A stretch of DNA of 64,000 nt from positions 1,675,456 through 1,739,455 of the forward strand of contig OZ245024.1 of NCBI GenBank assembly GCA_965223875.1, written 5' to 3'. Below the pieces are notes generated by a model. The model was not told the DNA's origin. It saw nothing but the letters and a program-made list of their open reading frames with translations, and ran no database searches. Position numbers and translations under genes: made by a program. Below, piece after piece: positions 1 through 8,499 of this stretch. Positions within the stretch are counted from its first letter, which is position 1, and every line of letters begins with the position of its first letter. The DNA comes from Candidatus Multivoradales bacterium (GTDB lineage: Bacteria > Acidobacteriota > Thermoanaerobaculia > Multivoradales > JAHEKO01).

Positions 1-38
1 GCGTTCCGTGAGGTGAACGGCGGGGCCGTGGCGACCGA

Positions 39-124
39 CGGCCGGCAGGCCAAGCCCTCTGTTCGAGGGGACGCCGGCCGCTTCAGAGGCAAGAGACTGA
101 AGCGGCCGGCCTCCGTGCCGGCCG
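39..124. repeat. Family-A REP-like palindromic pair (one long-loop variant plus one standard unit)
   Basis: CGGCCGGC...GCCGGCCGCTTCAG (39-86) followed by CTGAAGCGGCCGGC-CTCCGT-GCCGGCCG (97-124). Confidence 0.85.
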
Positions 125-188
125 TCGACATCCCAGCAGATACAGGCTGCGTGCTAGCATTTGCTCTTCCAAAAAGGGAGAGGAAACT

Positions 189-1367
189 ATGCTCGAGACC
201 ATGAACCGATCTCCGCTCGGGGCGTGTGCCCTGGCACTGTGTCTTGCACTTCTCGTGGCCCCGGTGGCCGCGTTGGCCCAGGAGGAGTACGTGGCCTACG
301 CGACCGTCAAGGAGAACGAATATCCGCTGCCCGAGGATGTCGAGGACATCAACGACAAGTACCTCATCCAGATGCGCTGGGGCGCCTACGACGGGCCGAA
401 GCGGCGCGTCGGAGTGATGCCGGTGGACAACACGTCGACGGCGTCGAGCTGGACGGTTCCCGGCTTCGGGTCCTTCAACTACGGAGGCGGCCAGGTGCCG
501 GTGAACGGCATCTACTCGATGATCACCGATGTGATGCACCGCTCCGAGCGCTTCCGCCTGGTCGAGCGGGCCGAGGTCGGCAACGTGCTGGCCGAGCAGG
601 ATCTGGCGAGCTCCGGCCGCACGACGCAGCAGTCGGGTGCCGCGACCGGCCAGATTCTAGGTGCCGAGTACCTGATCCAGGCGGTGATCACGAGCTACGA
701 GCCCGACTTCAAGGGCAAGAGTGGCGGCGTCGGCGGCATCGCCAGCGGTGTTCTGGGCGGCGTCAAGGCGGGCAAGAACCAGTCGATGGTCGGCATGAAC
801 TTCAGGCTGGTTGACGCCGTGAGCAGCGAGATTCTGTTCACCAAGCAGATCGACGTGGTGGTCAGCGACAGCGAGTTCTCCCTCGGCAGCGGTTACTTCG
901 GCTCGAGCGCCTTCGGCGGCTTCATGTCGAGCTACTCGAAGACCCCGATCGGCCAGGCGGTGATGTCGGGCGTCAACCAGGGCGTGCTCGAGCTGATCAA
1001 GCAGATCGGCGCCGAGCCGATGGAGGGCTCGGTCATCCAGGTCAAGGGCGAGGACATCTACCTGAACCTCGGCGAGGACGTGGTCGCGGCCGGCGACATC
1101 TTCCAGGCGCTCGAGCCGGGCGAGGAGCTGATCGATCCGGATACGGGACTGTCGCTCGGCGGCGACGCCACCGTGGTCGGCCAGGTCCAGGTGTCGAAGG
1201 TGAACGAGAAGTTCTCGATCGGCCGCGCGTTGGACTTCGACGCGGCGACGCTCGAGCGGGGCGACATCCTGGTCTCGACCGCCGAGCCGCCACCGCTCCA
1301 CTTCGCGGACACCTGGACGGGGCCGCTGTCGAAGACGCAGAAGAAGAAGAAAAAGAAGAAGGGGTAG
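189..1367 (+). CDS. CsgG/HfaB-family exported protein with FlgT-C-like C-terminal domain
   Basis: Signal peptide; RF.LVER...VLAEQ.L and GAEYLIQAVIT motifs of the CsgG fold; C-terminal IYLNLG/G.VQV.KV.EKFS beta domain; SD GAGAGGA upstream; start 189 or 201. Confidence 0.75.
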   Translation: MLETMNRSPLGACALALCLALLVAPVAALAQEEYVAYATVKENEYPLPEDVEDINDKYLIQMRWGAYDGPKRRVGVMPVDNTSTASSWTVPGFGSFNYGGGQVPVNGIYSMITDVMHRSERFRLVERAEVGNVLAEQDLASSGRTTQQSGAATGQILGAEYLIQAVITSYEPDFKGKSGGVGGIASGVLGGVKAGKNQSMVGMNFRLVDAVSSEILFTKQIDVVVSDSEFSLGSGYFGSSAFGGFMSSYSKTPIGQAVMSGVNQGVLELIKQIGAEPMEGSVIQVKGEDIYLNLGEDVVAAGDIFQALEPGEELIDPDTGLSLGGDATVVGQVQVSKVNEKFSIGRALDFDAATLERGDILVSTAEPPPLHFADTWTGPLSKTQKKKKKKKG

Positions 1368-1388
1368 GGGCGCGGCGCGAGGCCGGAT

Positions 1389-1525
1389 GGCCGGCAGGCC
1401 ATGCCCTCAGTTCGAGGGGACGCCGCCCGCTTCAGAAGAGAGGAGACTGAAGCGGCCGGCCACCGTGCCGGCCGAACGGCGAATCGGGACGAGCCAACGG
1501 CCGGCAGAGGCGCCGGCCGCTTCAG
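1389..1525. repeat. Family-A REP-like cluster, including one isolated copy of the 89-bp array unit
   Basis: Long-loop unit 1389-1436, then the inverted pair CTGAAGCGGCCGGC...GCCGGCCGCTTCAG, between convergent genes. Confidence 0.85.
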
Positions 1526-1547
1526 ACTCCTCCATTGTGGGTAATCG

Positions 1548-2036
1548 TCAGTCCTCGACGACCTGCCGGTAGCCGCGGTTCCAGTAGACGAGCGGCGGGT
1601 GCTCCTCGCTGGGGACGCGGGCCTGCTGGACCTCGCCGACGAAGATGGTGTGCGAGCCGGCTCGGTGGGTCGAGTGGATGGTGCAGTCGAGCCAGGTGAG
1701 CGCGTTGCGCAGGACCGGAGCGCCGGTGGTGGCGGTGCGCCAGTCGCCCTCGGCGAAGCGGTCCTCGTCCTTGACGTAGGCGAAGCGGTTCGAGATCACT
1801 TCCTGGTCGGAGCCGAGCACGTTGACGGCGAAAGTGGCGCCGTCACGCTCGAGCATCTCGTGGGCGCGGTGGCCGCTGTCGATGATGACGGCGACGAGCG
1901 GTGGCTCGGGGCAGACGGATGCGAAGGCCGAAACGGTCAGGCCATGGGTCTCCTCGCCGGCCTTGATGGTCACGATGGTCACGCCGGCGGCGAACAGGCG
2001 CAGGGCCTCTTTGTACTCGTCGGGGGTAATGGGCAT
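1548..2036 (-). CDS. Flavin reductase family protein (HpaC/RutF-like)
   Basis: GVTIVT, GLTVSAF.SV..EPPL, AGSHTIFVGEV and PLVY motifs; ATG at 2036 with AAGGAG SD. Confidence 0.9.
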   Translation of the reverse strand: MPITPDEYKEALRLFAAGVTIVTIKAGEETHGLTVSAFASVCPEPPLVAVIIDSGHRAHEMLERDGATFAVNVLGSDQEVISNRFAYVKDEDRFAEGDWRTATTGAPVLRNALTWLDCTIHSTHRAGSHTIFVGEVQQARVPSEEHPPLVYWNRGYRQVVED

Positions 2037-2052
2037 TGGGACGTATCTCCTT

Positions 2053-2146
2053 CTGAATCGGCCGGCCTCCCCTCGAACAGAGGGCACGGCGTGCCGGCCG
2101 CAGGTGAGTCTGGGGTAACGACCGGCAGGGACGCCGGCCGCTTCAG
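2053..2146. repeat. Family-A REP-like pair overlapping the ispG stop codon
   Basis: Long-loop unit 2053-2100 and inverted unit ending CTTCAG at 2146; ispG TGA lies at 2143-2145. Confidence 0.8.
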
Positions 2147-3378
2147 TCTAGTACGAGCCTGGCGTACTTTCGTTCCACGTAGTCGTCGATCAGCTCTCGG
2201 AAGCCGGCGTAGAGCTCCTCGTAGGTTCCCTGCATCGTCGAGTGGTGCTCGCCGTCGATGTAGACGGGGCAGCTCGGCTCCTCGCCGGTTCCCGGCAGGC
2301 TGATCCCGATGTTGGCGGCCTTCGATTCGCCCGGTCCGTTGACCACACAGCCCATGACGGCGAGGCTCATCTCCTCGACGCCCTCGTAGCGCTCCTTCCA
2401 GACCGGCATGCGCTCGCGTACGTACTCCTCCACCCGCTCGGCGAGCTCCTGGAAAGTGGTCGAAGTGGTGCGTCCGCAGCCCGGGCAGGCGGTCACCGAC
2501 GGCGAGAACTGGCGGATATCGAGCGCCTGAAGGAGCTCGATGCAGGCGTAGACCTCGTCGCGACGGTCGCCGCCCGGTCGCGGCGTCAGGGAGATGCGGA
2601 TGGTGTCGCCGATACCCTCCTCGAGCAGCGACCCCATCGCCGATGCGGACCAGACGAGGCCCTTGATGCCCATGCCCGCCTCGGTCAGCCCGAGATGGAG
2701 CGGTTGGAGGGTCTCCGCGGCCAGCCGGCGGTAGATGGCCTTGAGGTCGGAGGGACGCGAGACCTTGCAGGCGATGATGATCTGGTTCTGGGTCAACCCG
2801 GCCTCGAGCGCCAGTTCGGTCGACTCGAGCGCCGAGACCAGCATGCACTCGTTGAGGATCTGCTCGGAGTCGAGGCCGAGATCGAGATCGGTGTTCTCCT
2901 GCATCTTGGCCATCACCAGCTCCTGGTTGAGGGAGCCGCCGTTGACGCCGATGCGCACCGGCTTGCCGTGATCGACCGCGACCTTGCAGATGGTCGTGAA
3001 CTGCTCGTCGCGACGCTCGCCGTGGCCGACGTTGCCGGGATTGATGCGGTACTTGTCGAGGACGCGGGCGCACTCGGGGTAGCGGGTCAGGAGGAGGTGG
3101 CCGTTGTAGTGGAAGTCGCCGATGAGCGGAACGTCGCAACCGGCGTCGTCGAGGCGCCGGCGGATCTCGGGCACGGCCTCGGCCGCTTCGGGCACGTTCA
3201 CGGTGATCCGCACCAGCTCCGAGCCGGCCTCGGAGAGCTCGAGGCACTGCTGAGCGGTCGAGGCCGCATCGGCCGTGTCGGTGTTCGCCATCGACTGCAC
3301 CACCACCGGCGCCCCGCCACCCACGGTGACGTGGCCGATACGAACCGGATGCGTACGCTCTCGGTGTGGAACGCCCAT
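2143..3378 (-). CDS. ispG: (E)-4-hydroxy-3-methylbut-2-enyl-diphosphate synthase (MEP pathway)
   Basis: VVVQSM.NT, RINPGN, RIGVN.GSL, PLHLGLTEAG, GIGDTIRISL, CPGCGRT and MGCVVNGPGE motifs; ATG at 3378 (the track ORF extends into repeats). Confidence 0.97.
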   Translation of the reverse strand: MGVPHRERTHPVRIGHVTVGGGAPVVVQSMANTDTADAASTAQQCLELSEAGSELVRITVNVPEAAEAVPEIRRRLDDAGCDVPLIGDFHYNGHLLLTRYPECARVLDKYRINPGNVGHGERRDEQFTTICKVAVDHGKPVRIGVNGGSLNQELVMAKMQENTDLDLGLDSEQILNECMLVSALESTELALEAGLTQNQIIIACKVSRPSDLKAIYRRLAAETLQPLHLGLTEAGMGIKGLVWSASAMGSLLEEGIGDTIRISLTPRPGGDRRDEVYACIELLQALDIRQFSPSVTACPGCGRTTSTTFQELAERVEEYVRERMPVWKERYEGVEEMSLAVMGCVVNGPGESKAANIGISLPGTGEEPSCPVYIDGEHHSTMQGTYEELYAGFRELIDDYVERKYARLVLD

Positions 3379-3410
3379 GACCGGGAGGATTCTACGCCGC
3401 CCCACCCCCC

Positions 3411-4026
3411 AGACTGAAGCGGCCGGCCACCGTGCCGGCCGAATGGCGGTCCGAGACGTGCCAACGGCCGGCAGAGACGCCGGCCGCTTCAGAAGGACGA
3501 GACTGAAGCGGCCGGTCTCCGTGCCGGCCGAGCGGCGGTACGGGACGGGACAACGGCCGGCAGGGGCGCCGGCCGCTTCAAAAGGACGAGACTGAAGCGG
3601 CCGGCCACCGTGCCGGCCGGACGGCGATCCGGGACGAGCCAACGGCCGGCAGAGGCGCCGGCCGCGTCAGAAGGACGAGACTGAAGCGGCCGGCCACCGT
3701 GCCGGCCGGACGTCGGTACGGGACGAGCCAACGGCCGACAGGGGCGCCGGCCGCTTCAGAAGGACGAGACTGAAGCGGCCGGTCTCCGTGCCGGCCGGAC
3801 GGCGGTACGGGACGAGCCAACGGCCGGCAGAGACGCCGGCCGCTTCAGAAGGACGAGACTGAAGCGGCCGGCCACCGTGCCGGCCGAGCGGCGGTACGGG
3901 ACGGGACAACGGCCGGCAGGGGCGCCGGCCGCTTCAAAAGGACGAGACTGAAGCGGCCGGTCTCCGTGCCGGCCGGACGGCGGTACGGGACGAGCCAACG
4001 GCCGGCAGAGGCGCCGGCCGCGTCAG
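3411..4026. repeat. Tandem array of 7 x 89-bp units, each an inverted pair of family-A REP-like hairpins (BIME/REPIN-like)
   Basis: Units start at 3492, 3581, 3670, 3759, 3848 and 3937, plus a 5'-truncated unit from 3411; near-identical sequence. Confidence 0.95.
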
Positions 4027-4039
4027 AGGGAGAGGCCGA

Positions 4040-4069
4040 TTGACAACGGGGACCACCACCCCGTAGGTT
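4040..4069 (+). promoter_or_regulatory. Putative sigma70 promoter
   Basis: TTGACA (4040-4045), 18-nt spacer, TAGGTT (4064-4069), upstream of ATG 4081. Confidence 0.55.
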
Positions 4070-4080
4070 TGAACACCGCC

Positions 4081-5145
4081 ATGACCGTCCGGCCGCTCGA
4101 GCTCTCGCTCCAGATCCGCCCCGAGGCGCGTCTCGATCTGATCGACGTGTCGCAGGCGCTGCGTGAAGAGTACGGCGATCTGCTCGACCGCTACAGCCGG
4201 GCGCTCTACTGCTCGTACCACACGACGGCGGGCTACTTCGATCAGCAGCTCTCCGCGCGCCTGCAGCACAGCCGCGACAAGCTCGCCGACTTCGTGCGCG
4301 TCTTCCAGAGGGTCTTCCCGGAGCACGGCGACTACGAGCACGACAAGATGCATCTGCGTGACGAGCTCACGGCCGAGGAGAAGGTGGTCGAGCCGATCAA
4401 CGCCGACTCGCACCTGACCTTCATCAGCGCCGGCCTGCGCAACTGCGTCACCTACGACAACGGCGAGAGTCATCCGGTCTACCTGGTCGATCTCGACGGA
4501 GTCTCCGACCGCCACCAGCGCAGCCGCAAGACGACGGTGCTGGGTTTCGACCGCGAGGTCGACGTGGCGAGCGCGCGTCTTACGGTGCCGACCGCCGGCA
4601 AGCGGATCGACTCGATCAACCTGCGCGACGCCGAGCTCGGCTTCCACGAGCAGTTGCGGGAGCTGGTACGGCGCGAGGGTGTGAGCTACGGCCGCGTGGA
4701 GCTGGCGCTGCCACCCGAGGAGCGCTGCGCGGGCCTGACGGTCAACGAGTACGAGACGCTGCTCATGCAGCGCGACGTCGCCGAGGTGCTGCGCAATCCG
4801 CTGCGCTTCGCCACCGAGAAGGGGCGCCACGCGCTGGCCAATCCCCTCGCGGTGCCGCAGAAGGCCCACGACTACGTCCACTACGACCTGGTTCGGGTGA
4901 CCAGCGAAGCGCTGTCGCTGCTCGGCTTCTCCGAGTCACTGCTCGAGCGCGCCGTGGCGCGGTTCGTCGCGGCGCCGATGGCGCGGTTCTTCCGGCTCAA
5001 GCGGTCGGTGAGCCTGCTGGTGACCGACACCGACGGCGAGGGCTCGGTGGCGCACGGGACGTATCAGAGTCCGATTCTGCTGCAGTGGGACAAGGCCGGG
5101 GGGGAGCGGCGGCAGATCGACGTAGTGGTCAAGCGGTTCATCTGA
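4081..5145 (+). CDS. Hypothetical protein with a tandem YjbQ (UPF0047)-like duplicated fold
   Basis: HTTAG, YEHD, NADSHL and VDLDG in the N-half; AGLTVNEYE and GTYQ in the C-half resemble YjbQ motifs. Confidence 0.6.
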   Translation: MTVRPLELSLQIRPEARLDLIDVSQALREEYGDLLDRYSRALYCSYHTTAGYFDQQLSARLQHSRDKLADFVRVFQRVFPEHGDYEHDKMHLRDELTAEEKVVEPINADSHLTFISAGLRNCVTYDNGESHPVYLVDLDGVSDRHQRSRKTTVLGFDREVDVASARLTVPTAGKRIDSINLRDAELGFHEQLRELVRREGVSYGRVELALPPEERCAGLTVNEYETLLMQRDVAEVLRNPLRFATEKGRHALANPLAVPQKAHDYVHYDLVRVTSEALSLLGFSESLLERAVARFVAAPMARFFRLKRSVSLLVTDTDGEGSVAHGTYQSPILLQWDKAGGERRQIDVVVKRFI

Positions 5146-5161
5146 GGTCGGGATGAGAGGA

Positions 5162-5283
5162 CGGCCGGCAGGGACGCCGGCCGCTTCAGATCAGTTAGCG
5201 GTTGGGGCGACGGCCGGCAGGGACGCCGGCCGCTTCAGTATGGGATGCTCCTTGTCTGAAGCGGCCGGCCTCCGTGCCGGCCG
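5162..5283. repeat. Three family-A REP-like units
   Basis: Units at 5162-5189 and 5211-5238 (same orientation) and 5256-5283 (inverted), between convergent genes. Confidence 0.85.
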
Positions 5284-5302
5284 TTCCTCTTTCCACCCGC
5301 GG

Positions 5303-5950
5303 CTACGACGCCCCGAGAATCGACAGCCACGCTGGGTACCCCATCGAGTTGCCGATTCTCAGCTCGAGGGGGCAGGTCCTGAGCGCCGGCAGGGCCGTGG
5401 AGAGCATGTCGGAGCCCAGGTCCGGACCGCTCGGGAAGGCCTCGAGGGCGAGGGTCCAGACGCGGAAGCCCGCCGCCTCGATCTCGCCCAGCTCGAGCGC
5501 CATGCCGCGCTCGAAGCTTGGGTAGGGGTCGGCGACGAGATCGATCATCGTCGCCGCTTCGGACGAATCCTCGGGCAGCGCGTAGAGATACTGCCAGCGG
5601 CTCTTGGCGACGTCGCGGACGTCGAGGCGCGACAGCCCGCCGTGGAGCGCCACGTACTCGGTGCCCGGGTAGCTCCATTTGGCCCAGCTCTCGACCTGTC
5701 CGCCGGCGGTGACGCTGTCGGAGAGCCGCAGCTCGACGATGCCGATCTCCTCGGTGCGGGCCTTGAAGTCGACGCCCGCGTCGCCACGGAACTTGATGCC
5801 CATGTCGTCGACTCCCGGCAGGGAGACGTAGCGGTCGGTGCGCTCCTCGTGACGGCGAAAATCGTCGCCGCCGAGCGACTCGAACCACGCCTGATCGGCC
5901 GCCTCGAGCGGGCGCTCGCCGAACCAGCGGAGCTCGAGAGTCTGGAACAT
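5303..5950 (-). CDS. Hypothetical protein, possibly CYTH/TTM-like fold
   Basis: N-terminal LELRWF, RTD.Y, K.R, V.K.R and late .EAF motifs resemble CYTH beta-tunnel proteins. Confidence 0.55.
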   Translation of the reverse strand: MFQTLELRWFGERPLEAADQAWFESLGGDDFRRHEERTDRYVSLPGVDDMGIKFRGDAGVDFKARTEEIGIVELRLSDSVTAGGQVESWAKWSYPGTEYVALHGGLSRLDVRDVAKSRWQYLYALPEDSSEAATMIDLVADPYPSFERGMALELGEIEAAGFRVWTLALEAFPSGPDLGSDMLSTALPALRTCPLELRIGNSMGYPAWLSILGAS

Positions 5951-5966
5951 CAGAGGAGCGGCCGCA

Positions 5967-6743
5967 CTAGATCAGCGACCGGGACTGGCCGCCGTCGACG
6001 TTGATGCAGGCCCCGTTGACCAGCGAGGAGCGCTCCGAAGCGAGGAAGGTGACGACGTCTGCCAGCTCCTCGGCGCTACCGAAACGCCCGAGAGGAATGT
6101 TGGCGTCGACGAACTTCCGCATCCCCTCCGGGTCGGCGATGCAGCGCTTGTCCCAGCTACCACCGGGGTGCCGGATGGAGCCCGGCGCGATCGAGTTGAC
6201 GCGGATGCCCTGGGAGGCGAGCTCGAGGGCCATGATCTTGGCGACGCTGATGAGCGCCGCCTTGGTGGTGTTGTACAGCACCAGTCCAGCGCCGCCGGCC
6301 TCGCGACCGAAGATCGAGGAGATGAACTGGATCGAGCCGCCACCGCCGGCCTTCATCACCGGCACGGCGGCGCGGGCGGCCCGGACGTGCGACATGAAGT
6401 TGAGCTCCATCAGCTCGGACCAGTCCTCGTCGCTGGCCTCGGCGAACTCCTTGCGCAGGTTGCCGCCGACGTTGTTGACCAGAACGTCGACGCCGCCGAA
6501 GACGTCGACCGCCGCCTTGACGATCTGATCTCCGGCGTCGGGCGCGGCCATGTCGAGCGCCACGGCGTCGACCTTCGGACCGAGCTCGCAGATCTCGCGC
6601 GCCGTCTCCTCGAGGGCCTCGGGGCCACGGGCACAGATCACCAGGTTGCAGCCTTCGCTCGCCAACCCCAACGCGATGGCGCGCCCGAGACCACGGCTGG
6701 CGCCGGTCACGATCGCCGTCTTGTCTTTCAGTCCCAGGTCCAT
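5967..6743 (-). CDS. SDR family oxidoreductase (FabG-like)
   Basis: TGASRGLG, NNVG and YNTTK catalytic motif; ATG at 6743. Confidence 0.93.
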   Translation of the reverse strand: MDLGLKDKTAIVTGASRGLGRAIALGLASEGCNLVICARGPEALEETAREICELGPKVDAVALDMAAPDAGDQIVKAAVDVFGGVDVLVNNVGGNLRKEFAEASDEDWSELMELNFMSHVRAARAAVPVMKAGGGGSIQFISSIFGREAGGAGLVLYNTTKAALISVAKIMALELASQGIRVNSIAPGSIRHPGGSWDKRCIADPEGMRKFVDANIPLGRFGSAEELADVVTFLASERSSLVNGACINVDGGQSRSLI

Positions 6744-6844
6744 CGAAGTCCCCCCGTGTCCGGGGAGGATACAACGAGCCACGCCGCCCCGGTGCGACCG
6801 ACGCGGAATCGGCCTCGAGAGACGCGGAATCACGATCAGACGGC

Positions 6845-7093
6845 CTAGGGTCCGGAGCCGAGCAGAACGATCGCCTCGCGCCCGGGGCCTCCGGCGGCCC
6901 ACTCGAGCGCTGCCGTCCACGCGGCATGGCTGTCGGAGTAGTCACCGAAGCGGACGGAGACCAGGGTCGACCCCGACGGGGTGGTGATGTCCTCGAGGTA
7001 GGCCTCGAAGCCCTCGGCGAAGAGATCGGCGAGCCAGTCCTCGTCGAGTTGCCGACTGTACACCGCGAACGCGCACATGCCAAAAAGTGTCAT
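6845..7093 (-). CDS. Small SPOR-like domain protein or gene fragment
   Basis: L...GFEAY...VRFGDY....A pattern resembles a SPOR domain; no signal peptide. Confidence 0.35.
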   Translation of the reverse strand: MTLFGMCAFAVYSRQLDEDWLADLFAEGFEAYLEDITTPSGSTLVSVRFGDYSDSHAAWTAALEWAAGGPGREAIVLLGSGP

Positions 7094-7139
7094 CTAGATT
7101 TCATATCCCGAAGAACGGAATCGAGTATCGTGGGTGCGG

Positions 7140-7469
7140 ATGAACTTCCTCAAGCTCGGTCCAGCGGCGGATTTCGACTCGCCCGAGATGCGCGTCGTCA
7201 CGTTGGTGGGAAAGCAGGTCGGGGTCTGGCGCGCCGAAGATGGCGAGTGGCGCGCCATGGAGATGGTCTGCCGCCATCAGAACGGCGACCTCTCGGGGGG
7301 TCGGCGCGACGGCGACATCATCACCTGCCCGCGCCACGGTTGGCGCTACGACCTCTCGACCGGCGAGTGCCTGACCGAGTCCTGGGCCGGCCTGCGACGC
7401 CACGCCATCCGCGAGGAGGACGGCAACCTGCTGGTCTCGATGTTCCCGGTGGAGCCGGGAGCGGTCTGA
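7140..7469 (+). CDS. Rieske [2Fe-2S] ferredoxin
   Basis: CRH...CPRHGW.YD..TG Rieske motifs. Confidence 0.92.
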   Translation: MNFLKLGPAADFDSPEMRVVTLVGKQVGVWRAEDGEWRAMEMVCRHQNGDLSGGRRDGDIITCPRHGWRYDLSTGECLTESWAGLRRHAIREEDGNLLVSMFPVEPGAV

Positions 7470-7535
7470 CGCCGGCCAGGTGCCGCGCTGGGGGGGCCGG
7501 ACCTCGGATCACCTAGAGACTTGATCCCCTGGCCA

Positions 7536-7563
7536 CGGCCGGCAGGGGCGCCGGCCGCTTCAG
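7536..7563. repeat. Family-A REP-like singlet
   Basis: CGGCCGGC-AGGGGC-GCCGGCCGCTTCAG. Confidence 0.8.
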
Positions 7564-7577
7564 GGACAGGCCGCGGG

Positions 7578-8282
7578 CTACTGCCAAGCGGAGCCGGTCT
7601 CCGGGTCGAACCAGTCCATCAGCACCTGGGCGTGCTCCTGAGCGAGCGCCGGGCCCTGGTGGCAGCCGTCGAGGTTCTCGCTCTCGGCGAAAGTGATTTC
7701 GGGCTCGAGCTCCGGACCGAGGCGGACGTCGATCTTGGTGCTCTCCGCCAGGCGACGCGCGAGCTGCCAGCTCCGCGCGTACTCGAGGCGCCCGGTCTCG
7801 TCGCAGACCGAGAGGCCACCGATCTCCTCGTGCCTGGGCTGGCCGGCGACGAAGATCGTCACCTCGTCGCCGACGCGGGCCCGGATCTGCTCGTAGGTCT
7901 GGACCGCAACAGCCAGAGTCGTCAGGTTGAACTCCTCCTTGCGGAGCGCGATCATCCAGAAGACGGCCTTCGCTCCCGAGTTGCTCTCGAGCGAGCGCGT
8001 CAGAAGCCTCCAGCGCTGGTGCTTCTCGCTCCCCGGGTTGATGCCGCTCCACCAGGCGTAGATCGAGCCACCGCCGAGGTGGTGGTAGACCCCGCCGATG
8101 GGCCAGGCGGTGTAGTTGTAGAAGATCGGGTTCGGGCCGTTGTTGACGTAGCGGAGCGGCCGCTCCAACAGACTCGGACCGACACCGGTCATCCGGTCCG
8201 GCTGGGACCAGGCGGCCGATTCGAATCCGGCGCCGACCCACATTGTCAGCGCAAGACAAAGCACCAAGAGTCGCTGTCTCAC
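7578..8282 (-). CDS. Hypothetical secreted protein
   Basis: Signal-peptide-like N-terminus, GGAG SD, balanced composition; C-terminal D.CH may be SGNH-like but is not established. Confidence 0.6.
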   Translation of the reverse strand: MRQRLLVLCLALTMWVGAGFESAAWSQPDRMTGVGPSLLERPLRYVNNGPNPIFYNYTAWPIGGVYHHLGGGSIYAWWSGINPGSEKHQRWRLLTRSLESNSGAKAVFWMIALRKEEFNLTTLAVAVQTYEQIRARVGDEVTIFVAGQPRHEEIGGLSVCDETGRLEYARSWQLARRLAESTKIDVRLGPELEPEITFAESENLDGCHQGPALAQEHAQVLMDWFDPETGSAWQ

Positions 8283-8499
8283 AATTTCTCCTGTCAGGCC
8301 TCGGGCTGTCAGACACCGGGCCGCGCCGCCCGGGAACGATGCACTGCTACCACCTCTACGAGCGCGGTCACGTACCGGTTCCCTACCTGGGGAATTCTCT
8401 GTAGAGCGCTGACACCCAGGTCCAGACCTGGTCGAGGCTGCGCTGAGTGATCCCCCGCCGACTGAGCGATCTGCCCGACCGTTGCCGTCTTCGGGAACG

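Noticed and set aside
3198-3998. Repeated 80-88 aa ORFs (MARPVP...) and the N-terminal extension of ispG
   Set aside because: They are translations of the 89-bp repeat in rotating frames, with no RBS or protein-like features
3411-4026. CRISPR array
   Set aside because: Segments between the palindromes are near-identical, not unique spacers; no cas genes; the same motif is dispersed as REP-like units
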